A stretch of DNA of 64,000 nucleotides from Eledone cirrhosa (GCA_964016885.1 OZ024745.1:127906001-127970000); one strand, 5' to 3'; positions 28,664 through 43,923 are shown, numbered from the stretch's first letter. The notes: a model not told the origin generated them from the sequence alone. Program-made: numbers and translations.

Positions 28664-29014
28664 TGATGATGATGATGATGAGGAGGAGGAGGAGGAGGAG
28701 GTGGAGGTGGAGGAGGAGGTGGAGGAGGAGGAATAATAATCGGATTGGGATGATGATGATGAGAAGAAGAAGAAGAAGAAGAAGAAGAAGAAGAAGAAGA
28801 AGAAGAAGAAGAAGAAGAAGAAGAAGAAGACAAAGAAGAAGAAGAAGACAAAGAAGAAGAAGAAGAAGAAGGAGAAGAAGAAGAAGAAGAAGAAGAAGAA
28901 GAAGAAGAAGAAGAAGACAAAGAAGAAGAAGAAGAAGAAGAAGAAGAAGAAGAAGAAGAAGAAGAAGAAGAAGAAGAAGAAGAAGAAGAAGAAGAAGAAG
29001 AAGAAGAAGAAGAA
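28664..29014. repeat. (GAT)n-(GAG)n-(GAA)n purine-rich microsatellite
   Basis: Direct inspection. Confidence 0.95.
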
Positions 29015-29889
29015 AATCGATAATGTGCATGGAAGGAACAACAATGGTTAATTGTGATAAGTAGAGTAGATTGTGGGCTGCGAGCTAAGGGAAGAGATAG
29101 CAAGAAGAGAAGACTGGTAGTAGAATAGTAGAGAGGTGGAATGGTGGACTGATGAATGAGCTCGATAATGGCGAATGGATGGAAGGGATAAGTGTAGTTG
29201 CTTGGATCTCGAAGAAAGAAAGGAAAGAAAGAAATCAATTGTTTGTTGCAAACAATTATACAATCCGTTCAGTGTATTGTCCTTTTACAGACATACGCAC
29301 CATGCACAGTCATAATATAAATAATCTATTATATATGATGCGTGCAAATACACACGCATGAACGCCCCAAACACACACACATACTTACACCTACACACAC
29401 CTACACACACACACACATATATATATAATGTCGAATCTAATATGACTGATTAATTCATCCTCAGTCGCACAGCATCGTGTAAAATTTAAATAATTATAGA
29501 TGTGCATGAATAACAAGTCGGTCTATGAAACTATTAGCTCCATGAAATTGAACTATTATATATATAAATATATATATATATCACCTTCTTCCTCTCTCCT
29601 CATCTCCCCCCCCCCTGTTCTTCCTCCTTTCCCTCTCTTTCCTTTTCTCTCTCCTTTTTTTCTCTCTTTCTCTCTCTTATTCCACCTGGGCTTTTGATTA
29701 ATAAAAGGCCTCGGGCGCACCCAAACTAACCCGATGTCCTGTAATTCAGCGCCGAAACATCGGTTCGGGATACATTTACAGCTGACGATGGAAACTCCTT
29801 TCTTCCTTTCTCCTCCCGTTCCGTCCTAACCACCATCCTAAACTTTGATTTTAGTAACCACACAGCTCCTTTCGTTTCATAACTTTTTG

Positions 29890-30042
<153 letters not shown>

Positions 30043-30681
30043 TATAAAATCAACGAAGATCTCTTGTATTAGTTCAATGGTCCCCGACCAACATCTAGCT
30101 CACTCAATGAATCTGCCAAATTGCTGTTATGCTGTTGTAATTAGCCGTTCAGTGTACACACATTCAGTTAAATGTGGCGCTGTTTAGGTAGAGAGAAAGG
30201 TAAAATTCCCACCACCCCCGCCCGGACGAAATCGTTTCTGTGCAATACATGTTCACAAATGCAGATATACATAGATCCTCAATGTTCAGAAAATCACGTA
30301 ATATGTGCAGATATTTACGTAACTGAGTTATTACACTCATCAGCAAGGATGCCTAAGTCATAAGATAGTTCCATACAGTGTGTGTTAGCCGTTACCACAT
30401 GATACGGAATCTAGTATTTCACAGCCAATTTCACACACTGCCTCTAAATGACGAAGACATTTATCGCAGACTAAAACACGTGGCTTTGTTGTTGAATCCA
30501 ACAAAGGAATTTGCGCCAAATAAAGATCTCGACCGGCCAGTTGGATATTTACATATAAACATAATGAGATTTATGCATATATGCATATATATATATATTT
30601 AATATGAAATATCTAAAACTATTACACACACGCACACAGACACACACACACACACACACCCACACACCCACACCCACACCG

Positions 30682-30714
<33 letters not shown>

Positions 30715-31377
30715 ATTGTTTTGAGTACTTTCAGAGCGCAAGGTTTCTTTATAAAACATTAAACATTTGTTTAATACAAATGAAAGACAGAATCGTTATA
30801 ATGATATACATGGATTTAGTACTGTAAAACAACTGAATAAAACAAAATTAAATTCATAAAACAGTCTATAAATAAAAGCAAAATAAATCAACAAAGAAGG
30901 CTTAGCAGCCAGAAACTAAGTTGGCCCGTAGATATAGTTGCTGTGTTAAGTAATAAGTAAGGACCCGCATGACTAAAACCCCGTGATACAAGTCAGATAA
31001 TATATTCACTTTCAAGGAATTTTATAATAGATTAAAGAACCAATCTATCTAGTAATATCATAAGAAATACCAAAAGAAAACTGAAATTTTAGTTCAGTTT
31101 GATCCCGAAAACGCAAGGTATAGATACAAAAATAAAATAAAATGAACGGCAAATAAAAAAAAAATATTTGTGAAAATATTTTTTGAACTTTGAAAATAAA
31201 TTATTGCCAATTTTTTCCAAAGCTTTATCTCGTATAAGAGAAGATAAAACAAGATTTTAGCTCTTCCTTGATAACATTCAAACATCTTTGAGAAGATTAA
31301 ATGAACAAAAAAAAAAAAAAACGAAAAAATCAGGGAAGATTGCCCACAACAGACAAGCAGGTGTTGAGTTGGTGACA

Positions 31378-31680
31378 TAATGAAATGGTGTGTGTTTCTG
31401 CAATCAAGGTGTTGGACAAGTTATACCTTTGCTATGAAAGTGTTACTAGACATTATTTCAAGAAAGATATTTTATAATTACACCTTCTGGGCCTTATAGG
31501 ACAGATTAATTCAAAGCAGACTGGCAATGCACCAACATAATTATGATCTTGCTCATTCTGCCAAATTAGGCGGTACGATAGTCCATTATCATAAAATTAA
31601 GACTTTGTTTTGGCCTGGATAGTCTCCAAATCTCATTTGAAAATTTATGGCAGATCATTAAGTCAGGACTAACTTCAAGA
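31378..31680 (+). pseudogene. Tc1-family transposase remnant (DDE domain)
   Basis: Across frameshifts: IMKWCVF..GVG, QHNYDLAHSAK, KTLFWPG*SPNLI, ENLWQIIK, resembling Tc1 VWGCF / QQDNAPxH / WPxxSPDLNPIENLW. Confidence 0.7.
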
Positions 31681-32011
31681 ACCAATAAAGTAAAGAATCT
31701 ATATTTATAACAATTCGGGAAGGATGGTAGAAAATAGAACCTGCGTTACTAAAATAATTTTATTCTGTGATAAAATGGATCAAATATAGAATATACTTTT
31801 GTACGAGACTTTTAATTTTTTTATGTGAATAAAGATAAGTTGTAATTTAAATCTGAATACAATAGATAAAATTCAATTCAACAAAAAGAATTGCAGGTGA
31901 ACAATTTTCTTATACTTTCCTTCATCTATAATAAAGGGAGGAGTGCGGGGCAGCGTCTGGTTTATATCTTTTAATCCAGTTGGTAAAATAAGTTGGATTA
32001 CTTTGAATAAA

Positions 32012-32192
32012 TAATTGTTTCTACTATTGGCACAAGGCCAGAAATTACCCAGTACACTACTGGTACTTTATTTTATCGACCCCGTAAGGATGAAAGGCAA
32101 AGTTTACCTTGGCGGGATTTGAACTCAGAATGGCAAGGGCCGTAACTCTATGCGTTAAAGCATGGCGTCCGAACCTCTACTGATACTGCCAA
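32012..32192 (-). mobile_element. SINE family 1
   Basis: Reverse complement of 377-563. Confidence 0.9.
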
Positions 32193-32859
32193 AATTTCGT
32201 AACTCTTGCTTAAATATAAATAATTTTATTTCTTATTTAAAATTGATTTCTCTCAATTTCTCTCTCTCCGTCTCTGTCTCTCTCTCTCTCTAGCTATCTA
32301 TCTCTCTCTCTCTCACCTTCTTTCTCTCTGTCACTATCCCCGCCCCTCTTTTTAGTGTACGTGCGATCCAGCAATGAAAGATGCACTAATGTCTCAAAAA
32401 TAGTCGCTGATATGAAGGATAGTAAGGTTAAATTGTTAACAGGCCTATTGCTAGTTTACGTGTCTATTTCATCATACCACTGACTTATCTTTAAATTTGC
32501 ACTGTTGCACATTACAGCTCTTCTAATTGTTTGCTGTATCACAATAATCTATGGGAGGTTGTGTTTATGTTGGATATCATTCCCGAAGGACTTGACATTA
32601 TCTCTGTATATTAAAACCTTCCATAAAAATCCTCCGAACTCCCATGATTGGGATCATTGCATATATGACTGAGTACAGCTTTGTTAGAGGAAGATATTGT
32701 TAGAGAATATATATGTATATATATATATTAATATAGGAATGGCTTCTACATCTTGTTAGATGAAGATATTGTTAGAGAATATATATATATATATATATTA
32801 ATATAGGAATTGCTTCTACAAGACTAGGACTCTTTCACTCAAAAGGAATTATCAGAAAA

Positions 32860-32909
32860 GCTTTCCTGGTGATTATTTTTGAATGAAACAGTTCTAGTTC
32901 TGTAGAAGC
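32860..32909 (+). ncRNA. Hammerhead-like motif, family F, in fold-back element 32800-32995
   Basis: gcuuuc CUGGUGA uuauuuuugaau GAAA CAG uucuaguu CUG UA gaagc; second copy 35893-36010 has CUGAUGA. Confidence 0.6.
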
Positions 32910-32999
32910 CATTTCTATATTAAACTTGATGTTTACACTCTACTAATGTATTGAGTACCTTACTAACTGTGGTAACACTGATTGAACCCACGACTCTCT

Positions 33000-33037
<38 letters not shown>

Positions 33038-33047
33038 CTTATATATA

Positions 33048-33243
33048 TAGGGAAAGAGTGAGGACACCGACAGCTGAACTCCGGCCGTTTCGACAGCTAG
33101 ATCCTATTCGGATCTAGTTGTCGAAACGGCCGGAGCTCAGCCGTCGGGGTCCTGACTCTTTTCCTATTACCCACTCTACTACCCTAAGTACCGAGTACTC
33201 TGGTGAGTAATGGTCCACCTGGTCCCTTACTACACTTCCTTCG

Positions 33244-33246
<3 letters not shown>
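33048..33246 (+). mobile_element. Family C mini element (diverged subfamily) with fold-back
   Basis: Turn at ctagatcc-tattc-ggatctag; GAAA CGGC..GCCG UC retained; same terminus. Confidence 0.8.
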
Positions 33247-33312
<66 letters not shown>

Positions 33313-33349
33313 CATATATATATATATATATATTAAAATAACTCATTAA

Positions 33350-33400
33350 AGTTTAAGCAAAGAATCGCTGCTTTCACCTTTAACGGGATCTTCTGAAACT
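33350..33400 (-). ncRNA. Hammerhead family D copy
   Basis: Matches 27708-27758. Confidence 0.65.
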
Positions 33401-34049
33401 AAAAAAATCAATCTGTGGACGCAGAAGTAAATATTTCGAAAAATGTTATATATGTATATATACCGTCACAACTCCACTACATCAATCGTGACCATGCCAC
33501 TGAAGTAAGATATAATTAAGAAAGTGAATGCCACAACCTTATGGTATACTGTATTATATAATATATCAATGGATATTTAACCACCCTCGTCTGTATGAAA
33601 TACAATATCTGGGTGGACAGAAAAAAAAAAAAAGAATCAGTCGGATTAGTTTCATTCATGCTTTGACATTTATTTCCTTATCGACTAAATAGCTTTTTTT
33701 TTTATTGCGCACAGTTATACTAAGCATGATCCCGTTATTAATTAAGACTCATAATTTCATTGACCAATTTGTATATTTAACGCATTATTAGGAGATAGTT
33801 CGATTAAGAATTTATCGTAGAGTTGTTAATGGTGAGTCGCAAAACGATTACGTACAACAACATTATTTATAGATTTTTCAGTGAAACTGTATATATAGAT
33901 AGATATAAAATCGCTGCCTTTATATCCGATATCTTCTTTCTATTTTCAATGTTTTTTTTTTGTGTTTTTACGTGAGTAACCTGAATCTCACACGCTATAA
34001 TTGCTTCGGTTTCATGGTACGTTCTTACATACGAACATACATACATACA

Positions 34050-34083
<34 letters not shown>

Positions 34084-34103
34084 CATACATATATACATAT
34101 ATA

Positions 34104-34142
<39 letters not shown>

Positions 34143-34320
34143 GTTTAAAACTGATGATTCACTCTCCGTCGCTACTCATTTTTCGTGGTTTTGTCGCCTG
34201 AGAGGTCACATATAAAAGAAACTCTGAGTAGTTTGGAATGAATCACCAGCCCAGAACGAATAAAAAAAACCCCACTATCTGCATCTATTAACTAATTTTT
34301 CTTTAGTGTGCGTAACCAAA

Positions 34321-34401
<81 letters not shown>

Positions 34402-34541
34402 CATACATAGATACATACATACATACATATATACATATATACACACATACATATATATATATATGCACACATAAATCCAATACACACACACAAACCCATA
34501 TATATGAACATATATATATATATATTATATATATATATATA

Positions 34542-34623
<82 letters not shown>

Positions 34624-34654
34624 AACCCGTATATATATTTATATATATATACAA

Positions 34655-34737
<83 letters not shown>

Positions 34738-34745
34738 TACATATT

Positions 34746-34792
<47 letters not shown>

Positions 34793-34799
34793 GGGTTTC

Positions 34800-34914
<115 letters not shown>

Positions 34915-36028
34915 TTGTATATATATATAAATATATATACGGGTTTCTGTGTGTGTATATATATATATATATGTGTGTGTGTACTGTATGACCTACCTCC
35001 TACGTCCAAGTTTATTAAGCGTGAAATTGTAAAAATTCTAATAAAATTATTGAAGCAGACATACCGGACGTAAAGAATTTGTAGAAAAAGAACGAATTAA
35101 AACAAAGCTTATTTTCTAACAATGTATATATTTTTCTAGTTTATATAGTTTTACTCGTTAATCTTACATTCGTGTTTTGAATCATCAGATCTTACTCTGT
35201 TAAATCTATTAAGGTCAGATTAGTGGCATTATAAACATGTTTAGTAATTCCACTGCTAGATTTTTACCGAGATTTTACATTAAAACAAATATTTTATAAG
35301 AAGAAACTAAAAGTAAAACAGATTCTTGTAAAGAAAATTACATAATTGCGATGAATTTGATGATAAAAGATGAAGCCAATTACTTCTCGGTTATTGTCCT
35401 CGTAGTTTTTTGGCTTCTTGTTTATTAACTAACCACTGCTCTCTCCTGTTAACAACCTCACCGAGTTATTGAGAGCGTTAATGTAAAAGGAAAAAGATTA
35501 CAAATCATCAACGTTTGCAAATATATGTCGAGCTCCTCCACAAGATGGGAGCGTCGGCGGCGGCGGCGCATCGGAGTAAGCCCCACGAGGTTGGGTGGCT
35601 GTTGCAGCTGGTGTCACTGGCCCGGGGGGATTGCTTTTGCCGTCTTATCAGCGGGGCGCAGCACTTCAGCCCCCTTGCCCTAGGTCCATAGCCCCCCCCT
35701 CTCTTCTGCGACACCAGAGCTCTTGCCACCCCTCCCCTTCCCCTTCTTTTTCTTCGTTCTTTCTCTCTTTTTCTTCTATATTTCCCCATTCTTTCTTTCC
35801 TTTTGTTTCCACTTTTTTTTTCTTAATATAAAATAAAAACGAAAAAGAAAGAAAGAGAAGTAATAGACAGCGAAAGGGAGGAAAATGTTTGATGATCTGA
35901 TGATTTCACACGAATTAAACAGTTCTAGTCCTGTATATTAAATATGATGTTCACACTCTACTAATATAATGGGTAACTTATTAACTGTGGTTACCTCCGA
36001 TTTAAATCGGGATCTGCATGCGCGCGCA

Positions 36029-36090
<62 letters not shown>

Positions 36091-36102
36091 GGAAACAGTA
36101 TG

Positions 36103-36199
36103 ACCCCGACGGCAGAGCTCAAGCCGTTTCGACGGCTATTTCTGGACTAAATTAGAATTTTTAACCTGGTGAATAAATAGCCGAACTTGTCAAGGGGGT
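36103..36199 (-). ncRNA. Complete hammerhead of family C (UUGACAA core)
   Basis: acccc(c) UUGACAA Guucggcuauuu..aaauagccguC GAAA CGGC uugagcucu GCCG UC ggggu. Confidence 0.75.
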
Positions 36200-37009
36200 A
36201 CTTCCTTATATGGGAAGATTGTAGTTGTCAAGAGGATTGGTTAAAATTTGTTGTAAACACAAATAAGTCTATCATGGCATTTGGTGGGAGGTAGGGGTGG
36301 CTGAACTTGCCTGTAGAACAATAGGGGAGTGAGTGGAGTGGTCATGCGTTGAAAGTGATATGTATACAGCAGATTCTAAGGATAGTGTATGAAGTGGAGG
36401 AGGGAGGTTATAGAATAGGTAAATCGAATGAGAGTAGGAGACAATAAAAGATAATAGGAAGAAATAAAAAAATATATAAAATGAATAAAAACAATCACAA
36501 TGCTATCTTACAATTACAGGTTAATAAGTTGAGAATAGAAAAAACTTGTAGAGATTGAGTAGTACCAGAACTGATACAAAATTAAAGGGGTTTAACACAT
36601 CTGCTATAAGTAGTTAGTAAAACGTATTCGGCCAATTCTATCTTAAAATTATAGGGGTGTGGTTACACTTCATGGACTGATAACTGATTGTGGTAAATGA
36701 CATGCATTGTGGTTGAACTCATGACATAATGATTGTGAAGTGAACTACTTAACCAGTTGATCATGCTCCGTCATCAGTGTGTAAAATAAATCATAGAAAA
36801 CTACCATTAGATAAAGATACATTAAAAGACAAAAGATGAAAGGGAGATTCTTCAAATTTACAAAATATGAAATTTTGAAAAAGTAGTGATAATAATAATT
36901 ATCCTAATCCTTTGGAAAGACTATTATATTTGTTGTAATAGAATATTAAATATAAACGCATGCATCTAACTTCTACATCTATCTATCTATTTATCTATCT
37001 ATCTCTACC

Positions 37010-37062
<53 letters not shown>

Positions 37063-37899
37063 AATATATATGCAAATGTAAGTGGTATATACACATAATC
37101 ACACAAATATTTAAAAAAATTGAAAACAAAATGAAAACAAAAACAAAGGATTTATTTCAGCATTATTGAGACCCAAAGAGACTGTCTTGGTTTAGAATCA
37201 GATAAATATGTTATTTTAGAAACCAAACCTTATTAATTTCTTTGCAAAAAATCGCTGAAAATTAATAACTATCTTCATTGATAATTATCTTCCTGGTTCT
37301 CTTCTAATCATGCTGTTGCAGGTGTTCTTATTTTTGTCATTGTTGTTACTGCTACTCTTCTTCTCTTAATTATATATTTACATTGGATGTCTTTTACTGA
37401 TTCTGAATTTCAATTATCTCATTATAATCGTATATATTTTTATAGATATATTTCTATCTAAATCATCTTGCAATATTATAACGTAAACTATTAATATTTT
37501 AGTTTATTCTAATACTTTGTTATATATTATAATATTCTGCTGTGTTACATATATGTAATCTTTTATTTCTATTTTGCCATCATATTTTTGTTTTCTAATT
37601 TAACATTTTTTTTTGTTCTCTATAACTGTCTATCCATTCAGAAAATCGTTCAGTCTAAAACGTCATTTCTTATCTTGGTATCTGTGTCATTTAGCAGACA
37701 CGAACAAATTAAATTTGGATAGGAAGGCAATTTATAAAATGCTACATTTTTCAAGTAGATGTTGCAATCATCACTGCAAAGCAATGAATCACTTTATTTT
37801 ACTGTTTATCCATTTACTACATTGGTGAATTATATTCCTCTCTGGTTTCTACTTAAAGATTAGTTGACCTAGTCGTAGAATTTTAAGATACTTGGTGAC

Positions 37900-38268
37900 A
37901 TACAGAATGTTCTACTTTCGGAAGACGTGAATCAACAGATCCGACTGAATCCCCAATCGAGACCAGCTGAGATCATGTATGTTATTCAACCATTTTGCTC
38001 GGGGTCTAACCCCTGGTCACCTACCGGTTGGTTTTGCCCGTAAAATCTGTCCGGCGATTCTTTCCTAAGACATTCTAACCATACGCCCATATCGGAGATG
38101 TGATCTCCCAATACGGAGAAGTAGTCGCTCTACTTCTAGCGACTTTTTGATCTCCGATCTACGCACTCTATCCAGTAACGTTACTCTACAGCCCCTTCAG
38201 AAGAACCCTATTTCGGCCGCTTGTATCCGCGATCGTATTCTTTCGGGCATTACCCAAGGTTCATGTAA
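37900..38268 (-). pseudogene. RTE-clade LINE ORF C-terminal fragment
   Basis: RSRIQAAEIGFF..TLLDRVRRSEIKKSLEVE..GQILRAKPTGR*PGVRPRAKWLNNI. Confidence 0.8.
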
Positions 38269-38567
38269 GGGTTGCTAGAATACCGAATTGAAGATGCGAA
38301 GATATTTGAATATAATGCTAAATCCTTATTGAGCTCAGTGGGAGTGGTCACCATATTTTTTCAGATTACATGTGAGAACATATTAAAAAAACCATGAGAA
38401 TGATTTGTTAATTTAAGGCAACGTGGCAATTAATTTAATTGGATTAGTGATAGATGAAGAATAAAGAGTAATATCTGATGATGGTTAAAAAGGGTAAGAA
38501 TGATAATATTTTTGTTTGTTTTACAGTTAAATTACAAATACGACCCCCCCCCCCCACACACACACGC

Positions 38568-38599
<32 letters not shown>

Positions 38600-38817
38600 T
38601 CCACCATTTACCCACCTTCTTGATGACCATAAACCATGTGATATTTTTCTCTTTCGAATTTTTACATGATCTGAGGGGTCTCTTGAAAAGCTGTTGACCT
38701 CACATCTCTAGATGCACTATAGCTGCACACCACTCGGCGAAACGTCAGTAGGGCATTGAAGTAAAATTAGGTAACTTTCTATCTATTTGATCATCCCAGT
38801 TATAATTATATGTATAT

Positions 38818-38933
38818 TCTTTGCTTAAACTTTAATCTGTTATTTTAATAAATATTTGCTGTAGGGTTCTTATAAATTTGATATATATTTATCTTTATCG
38901 AGCCCTCTTTGGATTTTAGTCTTCACATTTATT
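38818..38933 (+). mobile_element. Family D terminus fragment
   Basis: Matches 50912-51025. Confidence 0.75.
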
Positions 38934-38974
38934 ATACGCACATATATATTTATATCATTATCCTTACCATTTAC

Positions 38975-39161
38975 GGTGGATTGGCAGTATCGGTAGAGGG
39001 TCTGACACCATGCTTTGACTCATAGAGTTACGGCCCTTGCCATTCTGAGTTCAAATTCCGCCGAGGTTATCTTTGCCTTTTATCCTTACGGCGTCGATAA
39101 AATAATGTACCAGTAATGCACTGGGTAATTGATGGCCTTTTGTCAAAAGTAGAAACAATTA
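38975..39161 (+). mobile_element. SINE family 1
   Basis: Colinear with 377-563. Confidence 0.9.
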
Positions 39162-39374
39162 TTATTATCATTAAAAGTTTAAGTAAACAATTTCAGATGT
39201 CACTCTATAAAGCAGGATCTTCTGAAACTGAGATAAATCAATCCGTGTACGCAGATGTAAATAGTTCAATTCACTTTCTTCTGTATATATATGACTGAAC
39301 CCGAAAGTACATGGAGGCGAAGCGAACTCCTTAACCACACAATCATGCCTCTGCCTACCTACCTACCTATATAT

Positions 39375-39408
<34 letters not shown>

Positions 39409-39436
39409 ATACATACACACATATATATATATATAT

Positions 39437-39577
39437 CAGTGGCGAATGGTAACCTGGAAAGCAGGGCATGCAGTCCAATCGCCATGGCGGAAAGTAGGGC
39501 TGTGCAGCTTCCCCCCCCCCCCTTCCCCCCGATTCCCTCTAAATGACCCTCCCGGTCAAAGCCGCATGTAGTGTTAT

Positions 39578-39629
<52 letters not shown>

Positions 39630-39886
39630 CTTTTTATGTGTCTACGATTTAGTAAGCAGTCAAAATTCTGCTTGCCCCAAAGCTGTCATGTGTTAGTGTG
39701 TTTGTGTGTTTGTGTGTATGTGGTTGTGTGTATGTCTGTGTGTGTGTGTGTGTGTTATCTTTTTTTGTGTCTATACGTTTTAGTAAGCAGCCAAAATTCT
39801 GCTTGCTTCAACCGACGCAATTGATCAACTCAAGATTCTATAACGCATGCACTGCATGCGTTGCATGCACGGACCCTTCGCCCCTG
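39437..39886. mobile_element. hAT-like MITE
   Basis: Terminal inverted repeats cagtggcgaatggt / acccttcgcccctg, flanks atatatat / atgtatat (possible 8-bp TSD), internal tandem duplication 39610-39810. Confidence 0.6.
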
Positions 39887-41815
39887 ATGTATATATACAT
39901 AAATATGTAGTATACATATAGATATATATATATATATGCCACAACATTCTTATATCTTAGTTCGTTAAAAAGCTTGAAAGCCTATAATAATATATTATTA
40001 TTTACAGAATACAAGCCCTCTTAACACCTGACTCAGCCAATTTTTACTCCAGCCCCACCTTAACTAACACCTGGGAGTTCCCCGACTCTGGAAATTAATA
40101 TGTTGAAATTGGATCAGTCTTTAATGAGGAGTAAAAGATGCTAATAAATGAATAATTTCGGGGTATAAAAAAGAAAAGATTACAAGATAAACATATGAAT
40201 GCCGCCAAATTCTGGCTTCAGATCAGATGGGTTTACCTCTGTATAGCAGATGTACTTGAAGTGCTTTCGAAATCTTTGGACAGCTGATATAACAAATATA
40301 AAGTAATTACTGAAACGACCAGTCAAGTAGATGTACCTATTAAGGGCGCACATTATGCGATTTACTTATGTCATAATAGGGATTTAATTAGTCACTTTAT
40401 TATTTTATTTTCCTTCTCGCTGATGTGTTCCCATTAAATATATATTCTTCTGTAGACTCTTTGAACAGCTTAAGATATTACAACGAAGATTCAGTAATGA
40501 AATACATTACATTATTTAGTTTCGTTCATCTGAGTTCAAGTCGACGTATCTTTAATTGCTTAATCTTTCAATAAAATACGTAACAGTATTATAACTTCTA
40601 CCACAGTATATGTTTGCTAAATATAAAAACTAAGATATGTCGTTAATCATGCACGTATATTTACACATGCAAACACTTTCGCATATATATACATATACAT
40701 ATACGCTGACATTTAACTGGTTGTCAATGGTTCATTTTCCGATGGATCAAATATTAAATAAATAGAAAGAATTGATACTGATATCCACAAGTTGATAAGG
40801 TCATGATTCTGATAATTGGCATTGGAACTTTGGTAACTGACAAATAGTTTGGAAGTAAATTCTGAATGATAGACCATAATTTGGAAATGGAAACAGTGCA
40901 AAATAAATTTTAATAGGATCAGCAAGAATTATTTGGAAAATCCTTGACGCGAAATAGAGACAGTTATAAACAGTATGGAATGACTTTATTCGACGAACGC
41001 ATATAACCGAAACAACAACAACGACAACGACCACTAGTCTCATTGCTTTTTTCTGCACCCGTATTGAGGCACAGTTTTGGATTTTCGCTGTAATTTTGCG
41101 GGTGTCCTTCCACATCGAAATCTATACTGACTTCTTCTGACCACATTTCTTGTGACTTGTGCACGTAGAACCTGCTCACAGTATGCTACCCGCGGCAAAA
41201 TATAAGATGTAAATGTCACCTCTAACGCCTCTGAATAAACAAATACATAAGTCATTTCACGAGAAAATCGACCATTAAAAATTCTTTTCACGAATCTTTT
41301 AATCGATAGACTGCAGGAAATCAATAGACAGCAGGAAGGAAATCGATGCACTGCAGGAAAGCTTATTCAATCCAAAATATGTTGCAAAACGACACCAACT
41401 TATCTAATGATCTGAAACCATGCTAAGAACTTACGGTATCTGCAAGACTTTTGGAAGGAAACTCATCGTGACATTTGTCTAAAGACAGCTGCTTTGTATA
41501 TCTCATCAATGAAAGAGTTAAAAATATTATATAAAGCTTTGACCGAAGACGACCACCTACTAGCTAATGTATTGTCAGTAACATCCGATTTGGAAAAACA
41601 TTCCAAACATTTAAAACGATATATTAAAGAAAATCTACGCGTATGTTAAAAGCTGAATAACAAAACAAACAAATCTGTGTCGTGTAGATATATCAAGGTG
41701 AGTGAATAAGTGAGATTTTTGTGAAAAAGAAAGATGAATTGCTTCAAATAACAGGTATCATGTTTAAAATTTCAAATACTGTTGATCTTCAAAATGTCAG
41801 TTTAATGGGTTATAC

Positions 41816-41909
<94 letters not shown>

Positions 41910-42010
41910 ATATATATATATCTATTTATAGATAGATACATAGATAGATATACATATGTATATACATGTATATATATATGTATATATATATATATATATA
42001 CATGTATATA

Positions 42011-42103
<93 letters not shown>

Positions 42104-42290
42104 TCATACAGAATAACATATAAACAATAGCTAAATTCAGTACATTCAATACATGTGAGCAGAAAATAAAAGCAATCACCACTACATTTTGGCAGTGGGT
42201 GACTGTGGTGCAGACATGGAAGTAAAATGATAATGGAAGTTTGGGGTCTCTAGGGATGAGTGTAATATTTCTCAGTGACTGGCAAAATTG

Positions 42291-42364
<74 letters not shown>

Positions 42365-42365
42365 A

Positions 42366-42443
<78 letters not shown>

Positions 42444-42496
42444 ACACACACATATATATATAATTAGTTCTTCTTTCAGCCGTCAACCACATGCGA

Positions 42497-42560
<64 letters not shown>

Positions 42561-42976
42561 TACATATAAATTGTATATGTATATATACATATAATGTGGT
42601 TCACGGCTGAGAGACAAGAGTACTTTTTACCGAAGTAGAGGTTTAATATTCATTTTTATTAAGGAATAGTGAGTCTTGTTAACCCGGAGTTTATCACTGG
42701 GTCATGAGACAAGAACTAACGTTTCAATGGCAGACACAGTATATATAAGTAAGAACTGACATGTGGGAGGGGTATTTCCTAATTGAGAAGGAGTAGTTAA
42801 GATAAGAAGGGCAGGGTCGGGGTACCTTATATATACATATGTACGTCAATAATCATCTTTTTCCATTTCTTAGGCGGTTCTAAACCCCATAATTAGGCTA
42901 ATATATCTCTAGTCAAAATCTGCAACGAAAGCTTCTATTTCTAATTTTAAACTCTCTCGCTGTTTCAAAACATACT

Positions 42977-43083
<107 letters not shown>

Positions 43084-43152
43084 TCAATGATATTAATAAA
43101 TGGAAACTTGAACCGTTAAGGTCTGGATATGTCAATATTTATAAAACAAACC

Positions 43153-43216
43153 TTGTATTTTATCTGATGAGTGCGTACCAAAGTTTTGGTACCCTTGAAA
43201 TATATATATAATACAA
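43153..43216 (+). ncRNA. Type I hammerhead in fold-back element 43080-43346
   Basis: uuguauuuuau CUGAUGA gugcGUACCAA aguu UUGGUACccuu GAAA UAUAUA UA uaauacaa. Confidence 0.7.
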
Positions 43217-43357
43217 TAAATATGGTTTTATAAATATAGTTTCCATTTATTAATAAAATATTGATATTATACTCCAGAAAACTGTTGAGTACTTCGAATC
43301 TGTTATAAATATATATATTTGTTGAATTACCAACAAATTGAATATCCCTTTGCTTAT

Positions 43358-43567
<210 letters not shown>

Positions 43568-43753
43568 TCATAAGGACATATATGTATATATTTAGCCATA
43601 GTCACAGATACATATATGAGTGTGGCTGCATCTTTTTCTTCAAACTTACATTTTAAACTTAGCTCCGTTTAATTGATTATTTGTTTAGTTAATTTCTACG
43701 GACCAAGGAGGAAAAGAATTGGATATATTTTGTCTGACTGTTCTTCAAACTTA

Positions 43754-43800
<47 letters not shown>

Positions 43801-43863
43801 AGAGAGAGAGGGGGGGATAGAGAGGGAGAGAGAGAGAGAGAGAGAAAGTAAGAGAGAGAGAAA

Positions 43864-43923
<60 letters not shown>

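Noticed and set aside
29700-29795. Hammerhead at ggcgc..gcgcc-GAAA-caucgg-uu with nearby CUGACGA
   Set aside because: No core immediately before stem II and no stem I joining the downstream CUGACGA.
30445-30490. Hammerhead-like AUGACGA..AAAA-CACGUG
   Set aside because: Core, GAAA and cleavage triplet are all mutated; at best a relic.
40713-41640. Possible coding region (ORFs at 40713-41351)
   Set aside because: Short, overlapping and without recognisable motifs; may be a decayed transposon but cannot be supported.
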